A stretch of 64,000 nucleotides of DNA from Candidatus Limnocylindria bacterium (lineage in GTDB: Bacteria > Chloroflexota > Limnocylindria > P2-11E): assembly GCA_035651155.1 (NCBI GenBank), contig DASRGG010000027.1:36182-100181 (forward strand). The letters run 5' to 3'. The notes beneath the pieces are model-generated. The model worked only from the letters and a program-made list of their open reading frames with translations, did not search any database and was not told the DNA's origin. Position numbers and translations under genes: made by a program. The number at the start of each line of letters is the position of its first letter. Position 1 is the stretch's first letter. Below, piece after piece: positions 43,311 to 51,924 of the stretch.

Positions 43311-44318
43311 CTAGTTGGTGCCGCCGCTCATCGCGTCGATGAGGGTGCGCTCGATGAGGCCCTGGACCAGGTCGACCTTGTACGCGTTCAGGCTCATCGG
43401 ACGGGCGACGGTGCGGATCTGCGCCGCCGCGGCCTTCGCCGCGGCCTTGACGTCCTTGCCCTTGAGCGCGTCCTCGACGACCTTCGCGCGGTACGGGACG
43501 GGCGACACGCCGCCGAGGGCGATGCGGCCGTCCTTCCAGTTGCCACCGTCGAGCGTGAACGAGACCGCGACCGAGGTGAGCGCGAAGTCGTAGACCTGGC
43601 GGTCCTTGAGCTTCGTCCACGCCCACTTCGTCCCCGCCGCGGGCGACGGGATGGTGATGTGGGTCATGAACTCGCCCGGCTTCAGGATGTTCTCGCGGAG
43701 CACGTCCACGCGCGGGCCGGTGAAGTATTCGTCGAACGACACGGTCTTGTCGCCGTTGACGCCGGTGATCTTCGCCGAGGCGTTCATCGCCAGCAGCGCG
43801 GTCGCCGTGTCGGACGGGTGGACGATGTAGCAGAGCTCGCCGCCGATGATCGCGTGGTAGCGGTTGTCACCGGTGACCGCGTAGCAGAAGTCGCCACCCT
43901 TCTTGTAGCAGTTGAAGTCCTCGCCGCGGAAGAACCAGCAGCGCGGACGCTGGTTGATGTTCCCGCCGATCGTGCCGAAGTTCCGGATGAGCGGTGAGGC
44001 GACGCTCGCGGCCGCCTGCCCGAGCAGTCCGAACTTCTCCTGTACGGTCTTGTGGTTGATGACATCCGTCAGCGTCGTGGCCGCGCCGATGGTGAGCCCG
44101 CCGCCGTCCTCGCCGATGCCGACGAGCTCCTTGATCGTCGTGATGTCCACGAGCACGTCCGGGATCGCGAGGCCCTTGCCGTGGACCCAGTCCTTCATGA
44201 GGCCGCCGATGAGATCGCTCCCACCGGCGACCACCCTCGCCGACTTTGACGAGTTCGCCTTCAGGAGGTCTACGGCTTCTTTGATGGTCGTCGCGTCGTA
44301 GAGCTCGAATGCTCTCAT
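43311..44318 (-). CDS. FAD-binding medium subunit with 4-Cys insertion (locus B)
   Basis: VVAGGSDLIGGLMKD...IRNFGTIGGNINQRPRCWFFRGEDFNCYKKGGDFCYAVTGDNRYHAIIGGELCYIVHPSD. GAAGGAGGG lies upstream of the ATG. Confidence 0.9.
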   Translation of the reverse strand: MRAFELYDATTIKEAVDLLKANSSKSARVVAGGSDLIGGLMKDWVHGKGLAIPDVLVDITTIKELVGIGEDGGGLTIGAATTLTDVINHKTVQEKFGLLGQAAASVASPLIRNFGTIGGNINQRPRCWFFRGEDFNCYKKGGDFCYAVTGDNRYHAIIGGELCYIVHPSDTATALLAMNASAKITGVNGDKTVSFDEYFTGPRVDVLRENILKPGEFMTHITIPSPAAGTKWAWTKLKDRQVYDFALTSVAVSFTLDGGNWKDGRIALGGVSPVPYRAKVVEDALKGKDVKAAAKAAAAQIRTVARPMSLNAYKVDLVQGLIERTLIDAMSGGTN

Positions 44319-44333
44319 CTCATATCCCTCCTT

Positions 44334-46808
44334 CTAGCTGCCCTTCAGCGCGGCGAGGAGCTTGTCGCGGGTGAGCGGCATGTCCGTCACCCACGCGCCG
44401 ACCGCGTTGTAGACCGCGTTCACGATCGCCGGAGCGCCGGGAGCCATGGGCGGCTCGCCGATGCCGTGCGCGCCGAAGACGCCGTACTCCTTGGGCTTCT
44501 CGATGAGGAGGACGTCCGCGAGCGGCGCGTCCTTGATCGAGAGCGGGCGGTAGTCGAGGAGGTTCGGGTTGAGCGGCAGGCCCGTGGCCTTGTCGACCAA
44601 CAGCTCCTCGGTGAAGACGGCGCCGGTCGCCATGACCACGCCGCCTTCGATCTGCTGCTTGAGCGCGAATGGGTTGAGCGCGCGGCCGACGTCGTGTGCC
44701 GCGACGTACTTCGTGATCTTGACCGTTCCCGTCACGGTGTCGACCTCGACCTCGACCGCGTGCGCGGCCCAGGCCGTGCGCTGCCACTTCGGGTCCTGAA
44801 CGTACTCGGCGACGCCGACGATCGGACGGCCGCCGCGGAACGCCATGACGTCCGCGAGCTTGACCTTCTGCGCCGTGTTCGCCTTCGGGAACACCAGGCC
44901 GTCGACCATGTCGACGTCGGCCGCGGTGTAGCTGGTCTCCTGGCCCTTCTTCTTGTTGTCGTCGTTCAGCTTGCGGGCGCCCCACTCCAGGACCTTCTTC
45001 TTCGCGTCCTGGCCGGCCTCGAACTGGCCGCGGCCGCCGGTGTTCGTCTGCTGGCTACCGAACGTGCCGCTGGCGTCGGTGGTGAGCTCGGTGTCCACGT
45101 ACGGGGTCGTCGTGACCGACGTGAGCGGGACGCCGAGCGATTCGGCCGCGATCATCATCATGAGGGTCCGCTGGCCGTCGCCGATGTCGTTCGACGCCGA
45201 GACGACCTGGACGGTGCCGTCGCCGTTGATGATCACCTGACCGCTGGCGGGGTTGCCGCCCGCGCCGTGGCTGCAGGCGTGGGCCGCGAGGCCGACGCCG
45301 TGGTAGACGCCGGGACGGACCTGCTTCGCCTTCGGGGCGTGCCAGGTGGACTTCCAGTTGATGCCGTCCGCCGCGGCGGTGATGACGTCGCGGATGCCCG
45401 GGTTGCTGAAAGGCTGCTTGGTCTCCGGGTTGCCGGTCTCGTTCAGGTTCTTCAGGCGGAACTGCACCGGGTCCATGCCGATGGCGTACGCCGCCTTCTC
45501 CATCATCACCTCGAGGGCGAACGTGCCGTTCGGGTGGGAGACGCAGCGGTACGGGCCCGACTTGAAGCTGTTGGTGAAGACGTCGACGGCTTCGAGCTTC
45601 AGGTTCGGGATCTTGTACAGCATCTGCATGTTGAACCAGGAGCCGTTCGCCGCTCCGGCCCGTTGCGCGCCGACGTTGGCGATGACCTTGAACTGGCCGA
45701 AGGCGATGGAGCCGTCCTTGTTGACGCCCATCTTCATCTCGTTACGGAACTCGTTGCGGTGCGTGCGCGTGACGAAGTCCTCGTACCGCGTGTAGTTCAT
45801 CTTCACCGGACGTCCGGTCAGCTTCGACAGGATCGCGGCGTGGACCTCCATGAGGTCGATGCCGCTCCGGTAGCCGTAGCCGGAGCCGACGTAGCCCGGC
45901 TGGATCACGCGCACCTTGTTCTGCGGGATCTTGAGCGCCTGCGAGAGTCCGGCGCGCACGCCATGAGCCCACTGGCTGGTGTAGATCGCGTTCAGCTTGT
46001 CGTTGTCCCACCAGAAGAGCCCGTTCGTCATCTCGAGCGCGACGTGCTGCTCGACCGGCTTGTGCAGCGTCCCATCGACGGTCGCGTCCGCCTTGGTGTT
46101 GCTGGGGTCACCGCGAACGAGCGGGGGCGTGACCGCGATGGTGGTGCCGTCGAGGTTGCTCTGGAACTGCTTGGGCGTGGTCGACTTCATGCCCTCGAGC
46201 ATGTCGAGGACGGCCGGCAAGACCTCGTACTGCACGTCGATGAGCCGCATCGCCTCGTCGGCGATGTGCTCGCTTTCCGCCGCGATCGCGGCGATCGGCG
46301 CGCCGACCTCGAAGACCTCCTCGCTGAAGAGGAAGCGCGTCGGGTTCGCGGCGCCCAGGAAGACGTCCTTGTATTCCTCGGGGAGGGTGTCCTTGGTCAG
46401 GACCTTGTGGACCCCGGGGAACTTTTCGGCCTTCGAGATGTCGACCGACTTGATCTTCGCGTGCGGGTACTTGCTGCGCAGCGTGCGCATGAAGAGCATG
46501 CCCGCGACCTTGAGGTGCTCGCTGTACTGGCCCTGGCTCGTGACGATCCCGATGCCCTGCATGCGGGAGACGTCGGTGCCGATGACCCTGAACGGCGCCT
46601 GCACCGGGATCTCGGTGCTCGTGCTCGGAAGTCCCGCGCCGGGGAGCTTCCCACCGTGTGCGGCGAGGACGCTCGTGAGCATCTCGGGCTGTTCGGCCTG
46701 GAGCTGCTGCCACGTGGGGTCCTGCGCCAGATCGAGCCAATCGCCATCGGTCAGGGAGTCGGCGTACGACGGATCCTGGGCCGCGCGGACGGCATCTAGC
46801 TTCGCCAT
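44334..46808 (-). CDS. Molybdopterin-binding large subunit (locus B)
   Basis: An 824-aa protein with family-typical motifs and C-terminus GAHGIGEPPMAPGAPAIVNAV, plus a roughly 65-aa N-terminal extension. GGGAGGGAG lies upstream of the ATG. Confidence 0.9.
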   Translation of the reverse strand: MAKLDAVRAAQDPSYADSLTDGDWLDLAQDPTWQQLQAEQPEMLTSVLAAHGGKLPGAGLPSTSTEIPVQAPFRVIGTDVSRMQGIGIVTSQGQYSEHLKVAGMLFMRTLRSKYPHAKIKSVDISKAEKFPGVHKVLTKDTLPEEYKDVFLGAANPTRFLFSEEVFEVGAPIAAIAAESEHIADEAMRLIDVQYEVLPAVLDMLEGMKSTTPKQFQSNLDGTTIAVTPPLVRGDPSNTKADATVDGTLHKPVEQHVALEMTNGLFWWDNDKLNAIYTSQWAHGVRAGLSQALKIPQNKVRVIQPGYVGSGYGYRSGIDLMEVHAAILSKLTGRPVKMNYTRYEDFVTRTHRNEFRNEMKMGVNKDGSIAFGQFKVIANVGAQRAGAANGSWFNMQMLYKIPNLKLEAVDVFTNSFKSGPYRCVSHPNGTFALEVMMEKAAYAIGMDPVQFRLKNLNETGNPETKQPFSNPGIRDVITAAADGINWKSTWHAPKAKQVRPGVYHGVGLAAHACSHGAGGNPASGQVIINGDGTVQVVSASNDIGDGQRTLMMMIAAESLGVPLTSVTTTPYVDTELTTDASGTFGSQQTNTGGRGQFEAGQDAKKKVLEWGARKLNDDNKKKGQETSYTAADVDMVDGLVFPKANTAQKVKLADVMAFRGGRPIVGVAEYVQDPKWQRTAWAAHAVEVEVDTVTGTVKITKYVAAHDVGRALNPFALKQQIEGGVVMATGAVFTEELLVDKATGLPLNPNLLDYRPLSIKDAPLADVLLIEKPKEYGVFGAHGIGEPPMAPGAPAIVNAVYNAVGAWVTDMPLTRDKLLAALKGS

Positions 46809-46820
46809 CTTTCTCCCTCC

Positions 46821-47807
46821 CTACTTGACCGCGTGGCCGGCGCCGGACAGCAGATCGCGGACCTGCTGCTCGGTGAGCTTGGCCGGGTCCCAACGGATCG
46901 TGATCGTGCGCTCGTTGCCGGAGACGCCGAGGATGCCGTCCTTCTTCTTCATGGTCTCCGCGAAGGGATCGAACTCCTCGATCGTCGCGAACGGCGTGTT
47001 GAACGTGAATTCCTTCGACGTACCGGTGACCGCGGGTCCCGTCTGCGCCGCGGGCTTCGCGACCTCGACGACGACGGGCTTGGAGAGATAGGTCACCTTC
47101 TCGCCGGCCATCTCGGCAGCGGCCGTGTTCACCGCGCGGTAGATCTTCGAGTACTCACCGCAGCGGCAGATGTTGCCGGCGAGCCCTTCGGCGATCTGCG
47201 CCGTCGTGGGCTTGGGGGTCGCGGCCAGCAGCGCGACCGTCGACATGATGAATCCGCGCGTGCAGATGCCGCACTGGAATCCACCGTCGAGCCAGTACGC
47301 GCGCTGCACCGGGTGCAGACCCGCGACGCCGGGGCCCGTGGCGAGCCCGGCGACGGTCTGGATCTTCTGACCGCGGCCGAGTCGCGCCGAGATGATGGTG
47401 CAGCTGTTCATCGGCTTGCCGTCGACGAGCACGGCGCACGCGCCGCACTGCGCGCGGTCGCAACCGAGGTTGCTGTTGGAGAGCCCGAGCTGGAAGTTCA
47501 TCGTCTCCCAGAGGCTTTCGCGGTTGTCGACGATGAGATCGTGCTGCGCGCCGTCGATGTTCAGCGTGACGCGCCGCATCGTCGCGGGGATCGGGCCCGT
47601 GGCAGTCGTCTTCGTCGCGGATGTCTCCGGACTGACGACGTTCTTGACGACGACCGCGCCACCGAGGACGACACCGGCGGTCGCCGCACCGGCACCCGCG
47701 CCGATGAGGAAGTCGCGTCGCGTGACCGAGAAGCCGTTGCCCTTGCTGTGCGTCTGCCCTGTGTCAGCTACCGTGCCCGGATCTGGATTGCCTCCCGCTT
47801 CTCCCAT
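46821..47807 (-). CDS. Tat-signal 2x[2Fe-2S] small subunit with about 93-aa C-terminal extension (locus B)
   Basis: The ATG at 47807 is followed by the twin-arginine motif VTRRDFLIGAGAGA. The cluster motifs are CDRAQCGACAVLVDG, QCGICTRGFIMS and GNICRCGEY. The extension ends ...RTITIRWDPAKLTEQQVRDLLSGAGHAVK. Confidence 0.85.
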   Translation of the reverse strand: MGEAGGNPDPGTVADTGQTHSKGNGFSVTRRDFLIGAGAGAATAGVVLGGAVVVKNVVSPETSATKTTATGPIPATMRRVTLNIDGAQHDLIVDNRESLWETMNFQLGLSNSNLGCDRAQCGACAVLVDGKPMNSCTIISARLGRGQKIQTVAGLATGPGVAGLHPVQRAYWLDGGFQCGICTRGFIMSTVALLAATPKPTTAQIAEGLAGNICRCGEYSKIYRAVNTAAAEMAGEKVTYLSKPVVVEVAKPAAQTGPAVTGTSKEFTFNTPFATIEEFDPFAETMKKKDGILGVSGNERTITIRWDPAKLTEQQVRDLLSGAGHAVK

Positions 47808-47890
47808 AGAGGAACACCCCCATGCCCATCGCTCTGGTCGATGGCAACGACAGACTAGCAGCGGGGTAAAGGGAAGTGCCCTCGTGTGGT

Positions 47891-47903
47891 GTGGTCTGAC
47901 CAC
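47891..47903. promoter_or_regulatory. 13-bp palindrome GTGGTC-T-GACCAC in the divergent intergenic region
   Basis: It has perfect 6-bp arms and lies in the 262-nt gap between the Tat small subunit start (47807, -) and the XdhC-like start (48070, +). Confidence 0.25.
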
Positions 47904-48069
47904 CCCGGAAATGCTCGGGATCGGGGGGAACCGGCCGAGCGCCGGACTGGCCGGGACGCCGCCGGATGAAGCGGACCTGAGAGGGCGGTGCGGCCTGATC
48001 CGGTATCACGAGGAGAAACAGGTCTGCGATACACGGCGGTTTCGGGGCCTGATCGGCGGTCTATCCTCG

Positions 48070-49185
48070 ATGCGGATGCGTGAGATCTACGCGCGGATGG
48101 CCGAGCTCGAGCGCGAGGGGCGCCGTTTCGCGGTGTGCACGGTCGTCCGGACGGTGGGCAGCACCCCCCAGGTCGTCGGCGCGAAGCTCCTGGTCGACGA
48201 CCTCGGTCGCCTGACCGGCACGCTCGGCGGCGGATGCGTCGAGGGCGACGCCTTCGTCGAGGCGAAGCGGGTCCTCGCGACCGGCGACGCGTCGCTGCGC
48301 GAATACGAGCTCACCGAGGACCTCGCCTGGGACACCGGCCTCGTCTGCGGCGGCACGATGTGGATTGCCATCGAGCCCGGCGACCGCGCGCTGCGCCTCG
48401 CCGGCCGCGATCTCCTCGGCGACGTCCTCGCGGCGTCGTCGGGCGGCCGCCCGGTCGCGCTCGCGACGCTCCTGCGGAAGACCGACCGCGACTTCGCCCC
48501 CGAGGCGAAGCTGTTCGTCGAGACCGACGGCGCGGCGCACGGCTCGCTCGGCGACGCGGCGGTCGACGCGCGCGCGCTCTCGGCCGCGGAGGAGGCGCTC
48601 CGCCAGGGCACGGCACGGACGATCGCGCTCGACGAACGGCACGAGCTGCTCATCGAGCCCATCGTGGCCAAGCCGCGCCTGGTCATCGCCGGCGGCGGTC
48701 ACGTCGGCCTCGCGATCGCGAAGATGGCGACGCTCCTCGAGTACGAGGTGACCGTGATCGACGATCGCGAGGAGTACGCCGCGCGCGAACGGTTCGGACC
48801 GGGCGTCGACGTCGTCCGGATGGATATGGTCGAGGCGCTCCGCTCGCTGCCGATGGGCTGGAACAGCTTCCTCGTGATCGCGACGCGCGGCCACAAGCTC
48901 GACTCGCACTGCCTCCGCGAGGCCGTGAAGCGCGACGTCCGCTACGTCGGTTTGCTCGGCAGCAAGCGCAAGACGGTGCTCATCGCGAAGATGCTGCGCG
49001 ACGAGGGCGTCCCCGAAGAGCGCATCCGGCGGGTGCACGCGCCGATCGGCCTCGACCTCGGCGGACGCACGCCGGCGGAGATCGCGCTCAGCGTGCTCTC
49101 CGAGATGAGCCTCGAGCGGTACGGCGGCTCGGGTCAGCCGCTCCGGCTTCGCGACGAGATCTACGAGCGTGCCGCGCGGCGGTAG
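48070..49185 (+). CDS. XdhC/CoxI-family molybdoenzyme maturation factor
   Basis: FAVCTVVRTVGSTPQVVGAKLLV...GTLGGGCVEGD...CGGTMWIAIEP...LVIAGGGHVGLAIAKMA...HAPIGLDLGGRTPAEIALSVLSE. Confidence 0.85.
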   Translation: MRMREIYARMAELEREGRRFAVCTVVRTVGSTPQVVGAKLLVDDLGRLTGTLGGGCVEGDAFVEAKRVLATGDASLREYELTEDLAWDTGLVCGGTMWIAIEPGDRALRLAGRDLLGDVLAASSGGRPVALATLLRKTDRDFAPEAKLFVETDGAAHGSLGDAAVDARALSAAEEALRQGTARTIALDERHELLIEPIVAKPRLVIAGGGHVGLAIAKMATLLEYEVTVIDDREEYAARERFGPGVDVVRMDMVEALRSLPMGWNSFLVIATRGHKLDSHCLREAVKRDVRYVGLLGSKRKTVLIAKMLRDEGVPEERIRRVHAPIGLDLGGRTPAEIALSVLSEMSLERYGGSGQPLRLRDEIYERAARR

Positions 49186-49357
49186 GCGGATCCCGCCGCG
49201 AGGAGCGAAGAGGAGCGGCCACGGCCTGCGAGCGTGACGAATCGCGCTTCGCTACGCGCCGGAGAACACACCCCTTACTCGTACGCCCTGTGTGGCAGCG
49301 AGTCGTCTTCCTCGCTACGCATGCGGCGAGCAGACACGCGCCGCGATCGCGGCGACG

Positions 49358-50353
49358 CTAGGCGCGGCCGAGCCCGTTCAGGATGGCGCGCGCGTTGCCG
49401 CTGAAGATCGCGTCCTTGTCCGCCCGCGCGATGTCGAGCGCCTCGATGCTCGAGACGCTCCGCTCGATCGAGCCGAGCAGGTGCGGGTAGTCGCTCCCCA
49501 TCACCAGATGGTCCGCGCCGACCTGCGCGATCGCGAGCCGGAGCGACGGCGCGCTGAACGAGACGGTGTCGTAGTAGAGGCGCTTCAGGTAGACGCTCGG
49601 GAGCTCGTCGATGTTCACCCGGCACTCGGCGAAATCGCGCCAGCCGTTGTCGAGACGCTCGAAGAGGTAAGGCACCGCGCCGCCGAGGTGGCCGAGGATC
49701 CACCGGACGCGCGGCAGCTCTTTGAAGACGCCGGCGTAGCAGAGGCGGGCGACCGCGAGCGTCGTGTCGAACGGGAAGCCGACGATCGGTCCGAGCACGT
49801 ACTCGGAGAACGCCTCGGCGTTCGCGGGGATCATCGGGTGCACGAACACGCAGGCGCCACGGCGATCGCATTCCTCGAAGAACGGCCGGTACCGCGCGTC
49901 GGTCAGCGCGCGTCCGTTGATGTTCGAGAGCACCACGACGCCGGAGAGACGGAGCTCGCCCAGCGCCCGGTCGAGCTCGCGAAGCGCGGCGCCGGGATCG
50001 TCCATGGGGATCGAGGCGAACCCCTTGAAGCGCGCCGGGTGTGCCGCGATGAGCTCCGCGTACGCGTCGTTCGCGAGCCGCGCGACCTCGGATTGGCGAT
50101 CCGGTGGCGCGAAGTACACGTTCGGCGTCGAGAGCGAAAGCACCTCGACGTCGCTCCCGACGCGGTCCATGTCCTCGAGGCGCTTCGCCGGATCGGTCAT
50201 CGGCGGCGTGACGCCGAAGAAGCGCGAGCCGCGGAACCGGATGATGGTCTGGCCCGTCGGGCTCGTCCCGAACGAGAAGTCGCCGCCGACCTCTTCGATC
50301 AGGCGGAGGTACGACCGCGGGCAGTAGTGCGTGTGGAGATCCCAGCGCGGCAT
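49358..50353 (-). CDS. Amidohydrolase_2 family (ACMSD / gamma-resorcylate decarboxylase-like)
   Basis: WDLHTHYCP, FVHP, GHLGGAVPY and LVMGSDYPH are metal-ligand motifs of this family. Confidence 0.85.
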   Translation of the reverse strand: MPRWDLHTHYCPRSYLRLIEEVGGDFSFGTSPTGQTIIRFRGSRFFGVTPPMTDPAKRLEDMDRVGSDVEVLSLSTPNVYFAPPDRQSEVARLANDAYAELIAAHPARFKGFASIPMDDPGAALRELDRALGELRLSGVVVLSNINGRALTDARYRPFFEECDRRGACVFVHPMIPANAEAFSEYVLGPIVGFPFDTTLAVARLCYAGVFKELPRVRWILGHLGGAVPYLFERLDNGWRDFAECRVNIDELPSVYLKRLYYDTVSFSAPSLRLAIAQVGADHLVMGSDYPHLLGSIERSVSSIEALDIARADKDAIFSGNARAILNGLGRA

Positions 50354-50370
50354 CCCGCGCCGAGCCTAGA

Positions 50371-50613
50371 TCAGGGGCGCGTGAGCGGCTTCGGGGGGAG
50401 CGTGAGGCCCTCCTTGCCGTAGCAGAACGTCCCCGTGCTGAAGCCCGACGCGGCGGACGCCGCGGGCGTCACCGCGTAGCAGAGACCCTGCTGCCCGGCG
50501 ATCGTGCGCGACGAGGCGAAGCTCGCGCCGTACGCCTCGGGGTGGTCGAGCAGCGAAGCAGGAGAAGGAGCCCTCGCGCTTCCGTTCCATCGCGGAGCTC
50601 TCGCGGGTCTCAC
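50371..50613 (-). CDS. Possible small ORF upstream of the amidohydrolase_2 gene
   Basis: GC3 is very high over ...LLDHPEAYGASFASSRTIAGQQGLCYAVTPAASAASGFSTGTFCYGKEGLTLPPKPLTRP. The start is unclear (GTG 50613 is possible) and I recognise no homology. Confidence 0.25.
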   Translation of the reverse strand: MRPARAPRWNGSARAPSPASLLDHPEAYGASFASSRTIAGQQGLCYAVTPAASAASGFSTGTFCYGKEGLTLPPKPLTRP

Positions 50614-50646
50614 AGGGCCGCGTGCGTCACGTTCTATACAGGACGA

Positions 50647-51114
50647 ATGAGGACCGGAGATGTCGCGACGTTCGGCGAGCTCCTCGAGCGGCACGAACGC
50701 GAGATCTTCGCGTACGCGCTCCGCCTGGTGGGCGACCGCGACGAGGCCGACGACATCTACCAGGAGACGTTCCTCGCGGCGTTCCGCGCCTGGCCGCCGC
50801 CGCGCCGTGGCCAGGAGCGCGCCTGGCTGTACCGGATCGCGACGAACAAGGTGGTCGATCGCGCGCGCAGGCGGAAGCGCCTCGTGCGCATGGGCGATGT
50901 GCGCCTCGCCGCGCCGGAACGCGACGGCGCGTCGATGGCCGATCTCACCGCCGCGGTGAAGGTCCTGCCGAGCGGCCAGCGAGCCGCGTTCGTGCTCCGG
51001 AAGCTGCAGGGGCTCGAGTACGCCGACGTCGCGCGGGCGCTCGAGTGCAGCGAGGATGCGGCGCGAGCCCGCGTGGCCGAGGCGATGAGAAAGGTGAAGG
51101 AGGCGATGCGATGA
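50647..51114 (+). CDS. ECF-type sigma factor (short, 155 aa)
   Basis: Region 2 reads EADDIYQETFLAAFRAW...AWLYRIATNKVVD and region 4 reads FVLRKLQGLEYADVARALECSEDAARARVAEAMRKV. Confidence 0.85.
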   Translation: MRTGDVATFGELLERHEREIFAYALRLVGDRDEADDIYQETFLAAFRAWPPPRRGQERAWLYRIATNKVVDRARRRKRLVRMGDVRLAAPERDGASMADLTAAVKVLPSGQRAAFVLRKLQGLEYADVARALECSEDAARARVAEAMRKVKEAMR

Positions 51115-51740
51115 GCGGCAGGCGCGCAGCGACCCTGGACGCGGATCGGCTGCTCGCGGACGCGCGTGAGCGTCTCGTCTCGCGGGCGCGGCGCGAAGGG
51201 CTGGAGACTGTCGGCTATCGCGTCATGGACTCGCCGCTCGGGCCGCTCTGGATCGCCGTCGGGCCACGCGGCGTGCTCGCGATCCACTACGGCGCCGAGC
51301 CGTCCGCGCCCGAGCTCGCGCGCATCGTGCGCACGTACGGGCCCGGGGTGCTGCCGGACGCGCGCCGCGCCGACCCGGTCGCGCGCGAGATCGACGAGTA
51401 CTTCGCCGGCAAGCGCCGCTCGTTCGACGTCCCCGTCGACCTCGCCCCGCTGACCGACTTCCAGCGCCGCATCCTGCGCGCGACCGCCGCGGTCGCGTAC
51501 GGCGACGTCGCGACCTACGCGCGCGTCGCCGCGAAGGCCGGGAACGAGAAGGCCTCGCGCGCGGCGGGACAGGCGCTCGGCGCGAACCCGATCCCGATCG
51601 TCGTGCCGTGCCATCGCGTCGTCGCGACCGACGGCACGCTGGGCGGCTACGCCGGTGGCCTCGACGCGAAGCGGCGCCTGCTCGCCCTCGAAGGTGGCAC
51701 GGTGCCGCCGGGCGGCTGGCCGAAGAAGCGCCGGGCGTAG
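51111..51740 (+). CDS. ogt: Methylated-DNA--protein-cysteine methyltransferase
   Basis: ATGA overlap with the sigma gene. The C-terminal domain reads TYARVAAKAGNEKASRAAGQALGANPIPIVVPCHRVV, containing the PCHRV active site. Confidence 0.9.
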   Translation: MSGRRAATLDADRLLADARERLVSRARREGLETVGYRVMDSPLGPLWIAVGPRGVLAIHYGAEPSAPELARIVRTYGPGVLPDARRADPVAREIDEYFAGKRRSFDVPVDLAPLTDFQRRILRATAAVAYGDVATYARVAAKAGNEKASRAAGQALGANPIPIVVPCHRVVATDGTLGGYAGGLDAKRRLLALEGGTVPPGGWPKKRRA

Positions 51741-51755
51741 TCCTCCTCGTTACCC

Positions 51756-51782
51756 TGTCGAATGCAGGGGAGGCCGTTCGTC
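51756..51782 (+). promoter_or_regulatory. Candidate ECF42-type promoter (TGTCGA - 17 nt - CGTC)
   Basis: TGTCGA lies at 51756-51761 and CGTC at 51779-51782, about 140 nt upstream of the first YCII gene. The consensus is recalled from memory, not computed. Confidence 0.35.
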
Positions 51783-51924
51783 GTAGCCATTGACGCAGAA
51801 CCGAGCGAGGGAAGGGCTTCGCCCCGACCGAGCGAGTCCTCTGGCGAGTGCAGCGAGGCCGCGAGGCGACGCCGCAAAGCGGCGGAGACGAGCGGCGAAG
51901 AACAGAACGGCCAAGGAGAGCGAG

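Noticed and set aside
47808-48069. Considered calling a Moco riboswitch outright, because both flanking genes are molybdoenzyme-related.
   Set aside because: I cannot reproduce the Moco motif consensus from memory well enough to align it, and I saw no unambiguous conserved core. It is kept only as a suggestion to scan with Rfam.
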